Positions 1 to 12,600 of a stretch of DNA of 64,000 nt are shown piece by piece. The translations under genes and the position numbers were made by a program. How positions within the stretch are numbered: position 1 is the first letter of the stretch; the number at the start of each line of letters is the position of its first letter. Origin of the DNA: Geosiphon pyriformis uo1 (lineage: Eukaryota; Fungi; Glomeromycota); the NCBI GenBank assembly GCA_016748015.1, contig JAAOMT010000324.1, positions 1 to 64,000 of the forward strand, given 5' to 3'. The notes under the pieces are model-generated. The model saw nothing but the letters and a program-made list of their open reading frames with translations, was not told the origin of the DNA and did not search any database.

Positions 1-711
1 AAAATTTTAAAATTTTAAAATTTTAAAATTTCTTTTAAAAAAATTAAAGGTTTTTAAGAAATCTCATATAACATAAATTATATATATATAGTAAAAGTGT
101 TAAAAGCAAAAAAGTATTCAATAGAATCAGAACAACAATACTTTTCTCTTCAAAAAATAGTTTTTTATGACTTAAAATAGAATTATATTAATATTAATAA
201 AATTATCTATTATCATTCAATCTATGTTATCATTATTTAATTAAAAAAATATTAATCTATTTTATATTATTAATACTTTATGTTGATAAAATTTAATACT
301 TAATTATACTAAACCAATAGTTTTTGATTATAGTTATTGATAAAATATTAATTTTTTATTTATTTTTTTTTATTTTTATTTTTTTTTATTTTCTTTGTTG
401 TTTACTAATTAATTAAAAAAATTAAGCACTAAGTATTTAACATTAAGAATAGCCTGGTAAAAAACCTAGAAATAAAAGTAGAAATTTAAGAATAGCTTAC
501 CAAAAAAGCATAACTGTCAGAATAAACTGGTCATCATGCTAAAAAAAATTCACAGAAAAAACCATCAATTAAATCTTTGTTTATTATACAAAGAACTCAA
601 CCAAAATCTTCAGACTTTAAAATCTTTAAAAATTACCAATATTACCAACTATTAAGTAATAAATTATGGATTTGTTATTTGTACTAACACCCCAAATAAT
701 CACCTATAAAA
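1..711 (+). repeat. Gypsy LTR, 5'-truncated by the window edge (same family as 1859-2887)
   Basis: Colinear with 1990-2887. It has a TATA-like tatatatata at ~80, a poly-T tract, and a U5 end cccaaataatcacctataaaa (decayed TGTAACA). No PBS follows; the sequence runs straight into an integrase remnant. Confidence 0.85.
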
Positions 712-1858
712 ATAAAAACTCCGAAAAACAAAAGATAAAAAAGCAGCTAATAATATATGAAAGTTACAAGCAAAACAAAAAAAACAACATGATAACCAGT
801 TATTGAATTAACCAATTAAATTCAGAATTGAAAACAAAGTATTCTTATATTGTACTAAAGCAGAAAAACAATAAAATGAAAAATTTATTCCTAAATAAGA
901 CAGTTTATTTTACATTGAAAAAGTTTTGGAAAATAGAACATACAAATTAAGATAAAATAACAAAATCTTAATTAAAACAGCACATAGTGATTGACTAAAA
1001 TTATATTACAATATAGCATTATTATCTATCAGTAATATTTCACAATTGGGAGTACAATAAATACTAAACCAACTAAATAAGATTCTATAAGATCTAAAAC
1101 CAATAATAATTATTAACACAAACATGTCAAATTAATTTACAAGAACAGTATATAAAAAACCAACATATATAATAAAAGTAAACAAAAAAATAGAAATTAC
1201 TAATAACATTTACTTACTTATACAACAACTATTACAATTTATTTAACATCAAAAATCAAGTTTAAAAGTCACTATTAACAAACAAACAATCTAATATAAA
1301 AACAAAAAAATAACTCAAAAATTCCAAAAAAAAAACAATATTTTAGATATTATATTTATAAAAATCTAGTAAACAAAATAATAAAAAAAGTGAAAAAGAC
1401 ATTGAAAATTCCAAGAATAGTAATACCAAATGAAGAAATACTACTAAAAAAATTGAAACCAATAAACACAACAAATTTCCAAGAACTTTTGTTACTATTA
1501 ATTAGAACAAAAATTGAGCATTTAAAACTTATATACAGATAAGATCAAAAGAATGTTTAATATAACTATATTACAACAAATTGAACAAATTATGAGAAAA
1601 AACAATTTACTCACATGTGCAAAAGTCATTTACTAATACAAATAAGATTCCAAAACTGACCAGAAATATTGCTATACTCAGCAATAAATACAATAACTAT
1701 TAATCAACTGGAAAAATTAACCAATGTCCAGTTTGACAAATTGTAAACCAGAATTACAAAAGCAATTCTTGAAAAAAAAGTGATAGAACTAATTCAAGAG
1801 GGAAATTTAGGAGATTTAAAAGATCTTAACAAAGCTTAATATTAAAAAAGAGGAATAA
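712..1858 (+). pseudogene. pol: Gypsy internal 3' remnant: integrase C-terminus, ORF3 remnant and PPT
   Basis: Manual translation gives KFRIENKVFLYCTKAEKQ*NEKFIPK*DSLFYIEKVLENRTYKL (GPY/F region), homologous to 9750-9990(-). The ORF3 remnant spans ~1124-1840 (RFQN*PEILLYSAINTITINQLEKLTNVQFDKL). The purine tract aaaaaagaggaataa abuts the LTR. Confidence 0.8.
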
Positions 1859-2355
1859 TATTACTTATAAAAATTAAGAATTATAATAATAGATAAAATA
1901 GCCAATTAGAAATAAACATAATAAAAAAAGAAATTCCAGAATTTTTTTCAAGAAATTACAGGACTTTAAAATCCCAAAATTCCAGAATTTTTTTCAAGAA
2001 ATTGCAAGATTCCAGAATTCCAGAATTTTTTTCAAAGGAATTAAAGAATTTTAAGAAATCTTATATAATAGAAATTATGTATATATAGCAAAAATATTAA
2101 AAACAGAAAAGTATTCAATAGAGTTAAAACAACATCTCTTTTTTTAAAAAATAATTTTCTATGACTTGAAATAGAATTACATTAATATCAATAAAATTAT
2201 TTATTATTATCCAATCTATATTATCATTACTTAATCAAAAAAATATTAATCTATTCTACACTATCAATACTTTATGTTAATAGAATTTAATACTTAATTA
2301 TATTAGACCAATAGCTCTTAATTATGATTATTAATGAGATACTAATTTCTTATTT

Positions 2356-2413
<58 letters not shown>

Positions 2414-2516
2414 NNNNNNNNNNNNNNNNNNNNCACTCTATATTAACAGAATCTAATACTTAACTATACTGGATCAATAGTTCTTGATTATAACTATTAA
2501 TAAAATACAAATTTTT

Positions 2517-2560
<44 letters not shown>

Positions 2561-2887
2561 TTTTATTTCTTTGTTGTTTACTAATTGATTAAAGAGATTA
2601 AGCACTAAGTATTTGACATTAAAAATAGTCTGGTAAAAAATTTGGGAATAAGAGTAAAAAACTTAAAAATAACTTACCAGAAGAACATAACTGCCAAAAT
2701 AAACCAGCTATTATACTAAAAAAAATTCACAAAAGAAATTATTAATTGAATCTCTGTTTATTGTACAAAAAACTTAACCAAAATTTTTAGACTTTAAAAC
2801 CTTTAGAGATTACCAATATTTTTAGCTATTAAGTACCAAGTTATGAGTTTGTTATTTGTTTAATATCCCAAATAAATATCTATAATA
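1859..2887 (+). repeat. Gypsy 3' LTR spanning an assembly gap; probably two copies joined
   Basis: Starts tattac (decayed TGTTAC) after the PPT and ends tataata (decayed TGTAACA). It contains a GAATTC/TTCCAGAA-rich U3 array at 1930-2050 and an N-run at 2414-2433. Confidence 0.8.
2414..2433. other. Assembly gap (20 N) in an LTR poly-T tract
   Basis: N run flanked by long T homopolymers, with a diverged duplicate LTR segment on either side. Confidence 0.99.
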
Positions 2888-5800
2888 TTGGTAATAGAGT
2901 TTGTTGTATTGTAATTGGTTTTGAATCAGAAAATAATTTGAAATTGGTTTTTTGTACAAAGCCAATTTTTGGTGATGTAAAACTTTTTTGGGTTAAATTA
3001 AATCTAGTTAAATGTGAAAAATATGAGTTTTTTGGACATTCTGCTTTAGAGTATAATGTATTTGGTATATCTACTTGCTTATTTTTAAAAATATATAAAA
3101 AAATCATTTTAAATGAATACTGTTTTTAGTTGGCAAAGTTGTATATTAAGAAAAATATTTTTATTTCATATTTTACTGCTTTTGACAGCAAATTATAGGC
3201 TCAAATAGTTTTATTGGCTTCTGTTTCTAAAAATACTTTCTTTAATTCTGGCTTTATTTTCTCTTTCTTCTTAACAAAATGTTTTATCTATTAAAGCTTA
3301 CTTAGTTTTTTTGAAATATTTATTAAAGTTGCTAATTGACCAGATTTTTAAAATAATGTACAGACTAAATAACATGAACTTGGTACTTATGATTTTTATC
3401 TTTCAACTTTTTATTCTGATTTTTTATTGGTATTAAATTTGAGTTTGAATTTAAGTATAATTATAGATAACTTTTAGAATTTGTTTTTGTTTTTTCTACT
3501 AATTATAATTAAAATTTTAAGTTTAAGTTCAAGCAGCTCAAAGATTTTGACAATTAAAGTGGGTGAACTAAAATCAAAAATAGTTATACTTAAGAGTACT
3601 ATTGGCTTAATTTTGATTAAATCAGATTAATTGTATGTTAGCTTAGATTTTTTAGCAGTTTTTTTATCTCAATAACTGATTTTATATGGAAATTTGCAAT
3701 ATATAATATCAAAAAAATAAACAATATGACTAAATAAAAAGATATTATTAGGTAGCATAATAAATTTGGCAATTTAGTTTTTATAGTTACCAAGATAAAG
3801 TTAAAAAAACAGACTAAATTTTAGATTAAAAACAAGTTTTTAGGTTTGAAAATTTTTGTTTCTGGTGTAAATTCTGGTTATTTGAATTCAAAAGTAGTTA
3901 TAATAATGAATAATACTTTTGATTAGTACATATATAAAGTTTTTGAAATCTTAAATTGTTTTTTTTCAATTTATTTGTTATTTGACAATAAGCTTTTATT
4001 AATAATTTTGGGTTTTTATGTTGAAATTTTAGCTGATATGCAATTTAATTAAGTCTTTAAAATAAACTTTTGCATTGTCAAGACAGTTAATTCAAGTTTT
4101 TATGTAATATTAGGAAGCAAATTCAATAAAAATAGTGTAAAACAAAATACAAGTTTTATAAAATATTTTAATTTGGGTTTGCATAATTTTTATCAAGTAA
4201 TTTGGTGGTTAAATTTTTAATATAAAGCAATTTAAAAGGTATAAAAAATTATTGATTACATTTTTGTCAATGAATATTTTTTAACAGTAGTAATTAAATA
4301 AAAATTTGATAGTATTTCTGATTTTTTTGATACTAATTATTTGACTGTTGTAATTTTTTTTGAATTAAATAGTTTTTTAAACAAATATCTAAATGCTGTT
4401 CAAAAACATACTAATAAAAATTAATAAAAGTTTGGTTTTAAAAATGCAAATAATTCAAAGTAAATTTAGTTTAAAAAGTATTTATCAAAAAAATATCTTG
4501 TGTGCTTAGCAAGTTTCAAAATGTAAAGAAACAAAGTAATTTGAATACAATATAAAATCTTTTAAAAATAGTAATAATTAAGTTAGCAAACAAAGTTTTT
4601 CTCAGAAATTGGTTTAAAAATTTTGGTAATTTTAAAAATAAATAGTTTTTTAGATTCTATAGATTAAAAGTTTTAGTTTTAAAGATTGTTAAAGTTTTTT
4701 TTAAGAAATTTTATTAAGTTTAATCATTTTGGGCAAATTTGGTTAAAATTAAATACTAGTGTTTTTATTGAATTTTTTTTTCTAATCAAAAATAGAACAA
4801 AAAATAAAAAAATTAAGAAGAAGTATTAAACATCCAAGTATTAAAAATCTGAAGCCATAAAAACAACTGTAATTAAAAATACAATTAATAAAAAATAGAA
4901 AACTTTTGTATAAACAAAAATTACATGATTAAGAATGTTTTGGAAAAATCTTTTTAAAAAGTAGTTTTAAATTATTTAGTAGTTGGTAATGATTTGGTTT
5001 TGAAATCTGAATTGGTAAAAAACAAAGTAAATAAAATAATAGAAGATTGGACTAAAAAAAAACTGGTGCCTAAGATAATACTAGATTTTTGGTCTTATTA
5101 GTACATGCTTTTAAATTATATTAAAAATAAGATGTTTTTTAAAATTATAAAACAAATTAATATAAAAAAGCTGACCTAAATAATAAGAGAATTGCCTAAT
5201 AATAAGATTATTGACTTATTTAGCATCTTAAATAAACTTTAAAAGCATTGTAGTTTTAAGATTATAGATTGTTTTTTGGTTCTGTTGAATTGTTGTTTAA
5301 ATATTAGTATAGTTTCTGTTTTATAGAAGAGAATATAGATTTCTATAATTCTAAAGTCTTATAATAAGATAGTATGCTAACCAATACTAGACCAATAGCA
5401 TTGATAAAACAGCCAAAGAAATTTTTTTAAAGATTTTTTTTGACCAGATCTTCTTTGTATACAACAAATTTGGTGTTTTTTATAGAGATAATATTTTAGT
5501 ATTAAAAAGTATATTAACTTTGGTTTTTAATGTTTGCAGTTAATTTAGTTATTAAGAATGCTTTAAAAAAGAATAAGAAATTGTGGTTGGTTTTATAAAA
5601 CATATGTAAAACATATAACTTAGTTGACTGGTATTATTTAAAAAACAGCTTGAAACATATTAAAATGTGTAAACAATTTATTAGTTTTTTTAACAATATA
5701 CATTAAAACAAAATTAATAGAGTTATGACTAAATTTGGTCTTTTAAAAAATTATTATATACATAATAAATTAAAATAAAACAAGATTTTCTCACCTTTTT

Positions 5801-7147
5801 TTTGAAAAATTTTTTATAATTTTCTCTTGTGTAAAGTTAAAAGACATAAATATTTGTTTAATTATTAAGTTAATACAAGATTTGTAGCCAAAACTAGCAA
5901 AATAAAAAACACAAGAAAAAAAACTTTATTTTTTGCAACTAGAACTTTTGTTGATAATACTATTTAGGTAAAAAACAATTAGATTTTAACTTAATACATT
6001 TTAAATATTGCTAATAAGTTTTTTAGAATTAATAATATTTTAATTAATATGATAAAATAGTGGCCATTTCTATTAATCAAAAAATAAAAGTTGTTTTATT
6101 AAGTATTAATAGATGTTTTATATTAATTACAAGAAAAAATAAGACATATTACTATTTAAGAATTTTTTTTCATTAAGAGTTTTTTAAGTCTAGTTTGACC
6201 AAAACTTATTTAAATATTAATTTTTTTACAAATATGGTTTTAAAAAAGACAATCTCAAATAAACAGTTTTTTTATTTGGTTTTTGTTGTTTTATAATCCA
6301 TAATTGATTATTATATATAGTTTAATTTTGTTATAATTAATGTTTACTATAAATAGAATGTTTTAATTAAAAAGAATTTGAAACAAAAAGCTGAGTTGTC
6401 AAAAATTTTTTCAATAAAGCTTTGCACTATCTGCTGCTATACAATTTAAAATTTTTTGAACATTAATAAGCTAAAGATAAAATGGTTTTGGTTGTTATAT
6501 TTACAAATTCTAAAAGTGTTTTTAGCTGTTTTCTTGATTATTATTTTTTGAATTTGCAGGCTTTAGACTAAACTTTAAATAATTCTTTGCAGTATTTTAT
6601 TAGATTAAAAGTTAGTTTTATAAACAATTTTTTTGTTAGAGTGATAAAAATGTTTTTAAACAATAAACTTTCTTTGATAAATAATTTGTCCCAGATTTTT
6701 TACAATTTAAACAGATTTTTAATGTTTAATATCTTGGAAAAAGCAGTATACTATAAAATAGTGGCTTCTTTAAAACATTTTGGTATTGTTTTTAATAACA
6801 GACTTTTGGACAAGCATAATATATTAATAATTTGGAAGACATTTTGTTATTAAAAAAGACTGAATTTAAGGAGTTTTGTTCTATTTTAGTTTATTGTAGC
6901 ATCTGGTTTTTTAGATGAATTAAATTTTATTATTAAGAATAAAAAAATTGTTTCTGGTTTGATGTTTTGTAGTGTCTTAAATTCAAATGGCTTTGGATTA
7001 ATAAAAATTTTTTTGTATAAAGTATAAATTGATGTTTTTAATATATACAATAATGGCTTATTAATAAATTTAAACTTGTCAAAAGTGACAAAAGATATGG
7101 CTGTTTATTTCTTAAATGTAAATATAGATATTAGTACTAAAGTGTGT
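2888..7147 (+). mobile_element. Heavily decayed LINE (ORF1 C-terminal part; ORF2 APE-RT-partial RNase H), cut by LTR elements at both ends
   Basis: The ORF1 knuckle VKCEKYEFFGHSALEY is homologous to 55052-55651. ORF2 starts ~3672 (ITDFIWKFAIYNIKKIN, APE motif I). The RT motif TFVDNTI lies at ~5945 (AFVDDTIW in intact copies), and RNase H starts (FNIYNNGLL) at ~7035. Many stops. Confidence 0.9.
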
Positions 7148-8032
7148 TATTACAGATGATTATTTGGGATCTCGAATCAAATAACAAACTCATAACTTGG
7201 TACTTAATAATTGATCTGTTTGGTAATATCTGAAGATTTTTGTGATCTGAAGATTTTGGGTTAAGTCTTTTGTATAATAAACAGAGATTCAATGATATGC
7301 AAGTTTTTGTGCAATGAGTTTTCCAATTTCATTTTTCAGTTTGGTGGCCAGTTTATTCTAGAAGTCATGCTTTTCTGGTAAGCTATCCAAATTCTCACTC
7401 TGTATCTTTCTATTCAGATCTTTTACCAGACTATTTGTGATGTCAATAACTCAGCACTTAATCCTTAATCAATTAGTTAACAACAAGAAACAAATAAAAA
7501 AATAAAATAAAAAAAATAAAAAAAATTAAGCCAATGCAATAAAATTAGTATCTTGTCAATAGTCATAATTAAGAGCTATTGTTTCAGTGTAGTTAAATAT
7601 TAGTTACTATCAACATAAAGTATTAATAGTGAAAATTTGGATTTAAGATAGTGAATAGTTATTTATTAATATTTGTGAATTTGGAGGGTTGCTTAGATAA
7701 AATCTAAACTGAGAGATTTTACTAGATAATTTTAATAGAAATGTAGTAATGGGGGTATTGGTAATTGTTTTGTCTTTTCTGCTTCTAATACTTTTACTAT
7801 ATATATATAATTTAGGTTTTACAAGATTACTTATATTTCCAAGTAATGTGCTATAATTTTTTGAGCAATATGCTCTAATTTTTTAATATTGCTCCACATT
7901 GCTGAGCAATATGCCATAATTTCTGACATTGTTCCACATTGCTAAGCAATGTGCTCATGTGTTAACTATTACTTTACTATTGGTCTATCTGTTTTTTTCT
8001 ATTTTTTTTATACATTTTCTTTATAAGTAATA
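7148..8032 (-). repeat. 3' LTR of element A
   Basis: Decayed TG..CA termini, preceded on the minus strand by the PPT aaaaagaggagataa. U3 array of attgctgagcaat-like units at 7845-7955. Homologous to 61394-62305. Confidence 0.9.
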
Positions 8033-8511
8033 TTATCTCCTCTTTTTAATATTAAGTTTTATTGAAATTTTCACTTTAAATTAAGTCTAATATTTTTTTT
8101 TCTAATATTGTTTGTTTAAATTTGTTTCTTATATCTTTGATTTGCATGTTGTTTATTCTTCTTTATTGGTTAATAGTGATTGTTTTTTTGTTGGAATGTA
8201 ACAATATTTCTGGGTAATTTTGAAATATTGTGTGTAGTCGATAGATTGTTTTAATGTGCAGTAATAGATTTGTCTTCTTTCTGATAATATTTTTAATATT
8301 CTGTATTATTTCTTAATTAAATATTCTTTTGGCTTTATCAAGATATAATTTCTGAATGTTCAACTTTTGTTCCAACTGATAGTAATAGTATAGTATTGGA
8401 AGTTGTTCTGTCTATTGTTTTCAATTATCTTTTGAAAGTTTTTCTATTGGAATTATGATGAATATTTTTCCAAAAGTGTTCTTTACTTTTTTTACTATTT
8501 TATCTAACCAG

Positions 8512-9341
8512 TGTTACTCATAGAATATAAGAAGTATATTTGCATATAAATTAGCTAATCAGAAGTAGCTGTAGTAAATATGGAATTCCAAGATTCCTCT
8601 CAAAGGAATTGCAGGATTCCAGAAATTTCAGAATTCTTGTACAAAGAATTACAGAATTCCAAAATTCCAAAATTTCTCTCAAAAAAATTGCAGGATTCTT
8701 GATGTGAAGAATTGAGGAATTGAGAAATCTCAATTATGTATATATATTGGTAGTGTTAGAAGTAGAAAAGACAGACCTCTCAGTTTAGATTTAATCTAAG
8801 CAACCTTCCAACTCACAAATATCAAATAAATAATTATTCTCTATCTCAAATCTACTCTTCACTATCAAAACTTCATGTTAATAGTAATTAATACTTAACT
8901 ACACTGGAACAATAGCTCTTGATTATGGCTATTAATGGAATACTAACTATTATTGCCTTGGCTTATTTCTTATTTCTTATTTCTTTTATTTTTATTTCTT
9001 TTATTTGTTGTTATTTACTAATTGATTAAAAGATTAAGTGCTGGAATACAGACGTCATAGGGACTGGTAAAAGACTCATAAAACAAGAGTAAAACACTCA
9101 TAGATTTAAGAATAGCTTACCAGAAGGATTACCAGCCACTATACTGAAAAAAAAATTTGATGGGATTGCGATTCCGGGAGGCTACTGAAACAACAATTGA
9201 ATCTCTGTCTATTATACAAAGATTTCCATAACAAAACCTTCAGATCAACAAAACCTTCAGATACCAATGCTAAAATATCAATCAAGCACCAAGTTACAAA
9301 TTTGTTATTTGATTTGAGACCCCAAATAATCACTTGTAACA
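8512..9341 (+). repeat. Solo LTR with 4-bp TSD CCAG
   Basis: TGTTAC...GTAACA termini, with CCAG at 8508-8511 and 9342-9345. Inserted in ORF3 of element A. Confidence 0.95.
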
Positions 9342-9699
9342 CCAGTTTTTTGATAGTTTTTGTGGTTGCTAGTATAATGTACTTTTTTCTTTTTGTTTGG
9401 TGTTTTGATAACAGATTGTTTGGTGGTTGATAACAATTTCCATGTTTAATTGCTGTTGACTTAAGACCTGAAACAATTATTAAGATAAAATGTGAATATG
9501 ATCTGGTATTTCTATTTTCTTTGTTGCTTTTGTCACATATACTGTGTCTTTATATACTCTTTTGGTTGTTTAATTTAATATGTTTGGTTTAATGATTATA
9601 ATTGGTTCCAGATCTTGTAGAATCTTATCTGGTTTGACTAGTATTTATTGTACTCTCAGTTGTAAAATATTATTGGTAGATGATAATACTATATAATGA

Positions 9700-12600
9700 T
9701 ATGGTTTCAGTTAATCACTATGTGCTGTTTTGGCTAAGATTTTGTTGTTCTATTTTAATTTATAAGCTCTATTTCCTAGAATTTCTTTTATGTAAAATAG
9801 TTCATCCCATTTGGGGTCAAATTTTTTACTTTATTGTTTTTCTACTTTGGTATAATGTAAAAGTACTTTGTCTTTAATTCTAAATTCAACTGGTTTATTT
9901 AGTAGTTGGTTATTGTGTCTTTTTTTTTGTGACTTTTGAATATTATTAACTGCTCTTTACCATTTGTTTTCTAGTGTTTTTATTAAGTCATATGTTTTTT
10001 TTAACAATGTTTCTTGAAAATTGTCTTCTCTTATTGGTTCAGTTAAATATGTGCTGACTTCTATCTTCACTGATAATATTGCTATTCTATCATATACTAA
10101 TTTAAATGGTGTTGCTTGTGTAGTGTCTTGCTTCATTGTCTAATAAACAAATAATACTGATGGTATAAACAAATCCCATTCATCTTAATTTTTTTGGCTA
10201 ATTTTAACAATTGCTTTACACAATGTTCTATTGAATCTTTTAACTAAGCTGTTGGTTTGTGGATAATATGGTGATAATAATGGTCTTTTTATTTCAAATC
10301 TTTGACTTAATTCTGCTAATGTTCTATTTACAAAGTGAGTTCTTTGGCTGAATAGTAATTCTTTTGAGTATTTGTGTCAACAAATCAAATCTTGATGAAC
10401 AAATTTGGCAATGAATTTTGCATCTGCTCTTTGAATGGCTTTTGTTTCTGGCCACTTAGTAAAATAATCTATGACTACTGCTATATATTTGTTTCCTCTG
10501 CTGATTATTGTTAATGGTCTGACTAAGTTGATTCTAATATGATCGAATAGTTGTCCTACTGTAATTGGTCTCAAAGGCTCATTGGGTTTTGTTCCTTCTT
10601 TTCTTTAATAAACATCACAATTTTGAACATATTGGATAATGTCTGAATACTTTGATGGCCAATAATATTTTTTTCTAGTTTTTTCTATAGTTGCTTCTTT
10701 GTAAAAATGTTCTGCTGTTGGATTGGAATATATGTTGAATAATATTGTTTTTTTCTCTGGTTCTGTGATTACTCTGGTTGGTTGATCTGAATTCTTTCTG
10801 TTTTTTTGATAAAATATATCTTGGTAAGTAATAAAATATTTGAATTGTTGTTTGATATGATTTCATTCCTTTTGAGATAATTTTTCTTTAAACTGTTGAG
10901 TATTTATAAAATTTAAAATTGTTAATATTTTTGTGTATTCATCTTTTGTTATATTTTTGGATTGGAATGTTCTTAGATTTGTTTTATCCACAACAAACTG
11001 TTAGCATTTCTATTTTCTTTTCCCTTTTTGTAATATACTGTATAATTAAATGGTGAAAGTTCTATTTTCTATCTAACATGATAATTATCTCCAAATTCTT
11101 GTTTCTGGATTAAAGTCAATCCTTTATGGTTAATGTATATGTTAAATTTTTGGCTTAAATACTTTTTCTATTTCATGACTGCCCAATAAATTGCTAAGTG
11201 TTTTAGTGCTGGTGTTCTATAATTTTTTTCAGCTGGACTTAAGCTATAATTAGCATATATTACTGGAGGTTCTTTTCCATTTGATTTTTTCTGAGATAGT
11301 ACAGCTTCTAATGCTTGACTCAATGCATTAGTTGTAATTATGAATGGCTTGCTATAATCTGAATAGATTAGTACTAAAGCTTGAATAAGCTTTCTTTTTA
11401 ATGTATTAAAAGCTTCTTACTGGTTTTCTGTCTATTCATATTTGGTGTTCTTTGTTTAAAGCTGCTATAATAGCTGAGCTAGTTTGGAAAAGTCTTTGAT
11501 GAAATAGCAGTAGTAATTTGCAAATCCTAAGAATGCTCATAGTTCAGTCAAGTTGGTGGGTACTGGAAAGTTTTTAACTATCTTAATTTTGTTTGGATCT
11601 GTTTTGATTTCATCTTTGCTTACAATATGTTCTAAAAATTTTAATTCATTTTGCCAAAGAAGTATTTGGTGGCATTTAATTTTAATCTGGCTCTTCTTAG
11701 TTTTTTAAATACTTGTTGGAGATGGTGTAAATAATTATCAAATATCTTAGAGAACATATTAGTGCCATTTAAGTAAACAACTACTGATTTCCACAGTAGT
11801 TTAGTATAGACAATTTCCATGAGTTATTGAAATATGGCTGAAACATTCATTAAACCAAAAGGCATAATTTCAAATTCGAATTTTTTTTTCTAGGTTTTAA
11901 AAGCCATTTTCTTCTTATTTTCTGGTTTTATAGCTACTTGCCAATAACTATTGTTTAAGTTTAAAGTTGAGAACCATTTCTTTTCTTCAAAAGCATTGAA
12001 AGTTCTTGGATCTTTGAAGTTGGATAGTTATCTCCTTTTATTACTCTATTAAGTTTTTAGTAATTTACACAAAAGTGAATTTTTCCATTTTTCTTATGAA
12101 CTAGTACTACTAGTGACAACTATAAACTTATTAATAGTTGAAATAATCTGTTGTCTAACATCTAATTGATTTCTTGTCAAATGATTTCATGGCTTGTTGG
12201 TGGTACTTGGTATGCTTTTTGTTTAATTGGCATTGTATCTCCAGTCTTGATCTAATGTTGGATTATGTCAGTTCTGCCAAATTCATTTTTACTGACAAAA
12301 ATGTTGTTGAAGTTGTTGAGTAACATTTTCAACTGCATACATTTTAGTGGGTCTAAATTTCCCAAGTTTATCTGTTCAAATTGTTCTGGTTGGAACAGAT
12401 AACATTCTTCTTATCTGTATATTGTTTGTAATGTAATATCCACATATTTACAGTTGTGGAAAGTCTAAAATGGAGTTTGGTGGTTGTTTTTCAATTTCAG
12501 TGCTTAAATATCTGATAGTGGTTTCTTTTGGTATTTTAATAACATCTTCTGTTGTATTGTAGATAAAAATTTTGATGTGTTTAGGACTTTTGGCTGGTAT

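Noticed and set aside
2260-2560. Tandem duplication inside the LTR
   Set aside because: The two diverged copies sit on either side of a 20-N gap at a poly-T tract, most likely a scaffold join of two LTR copies.
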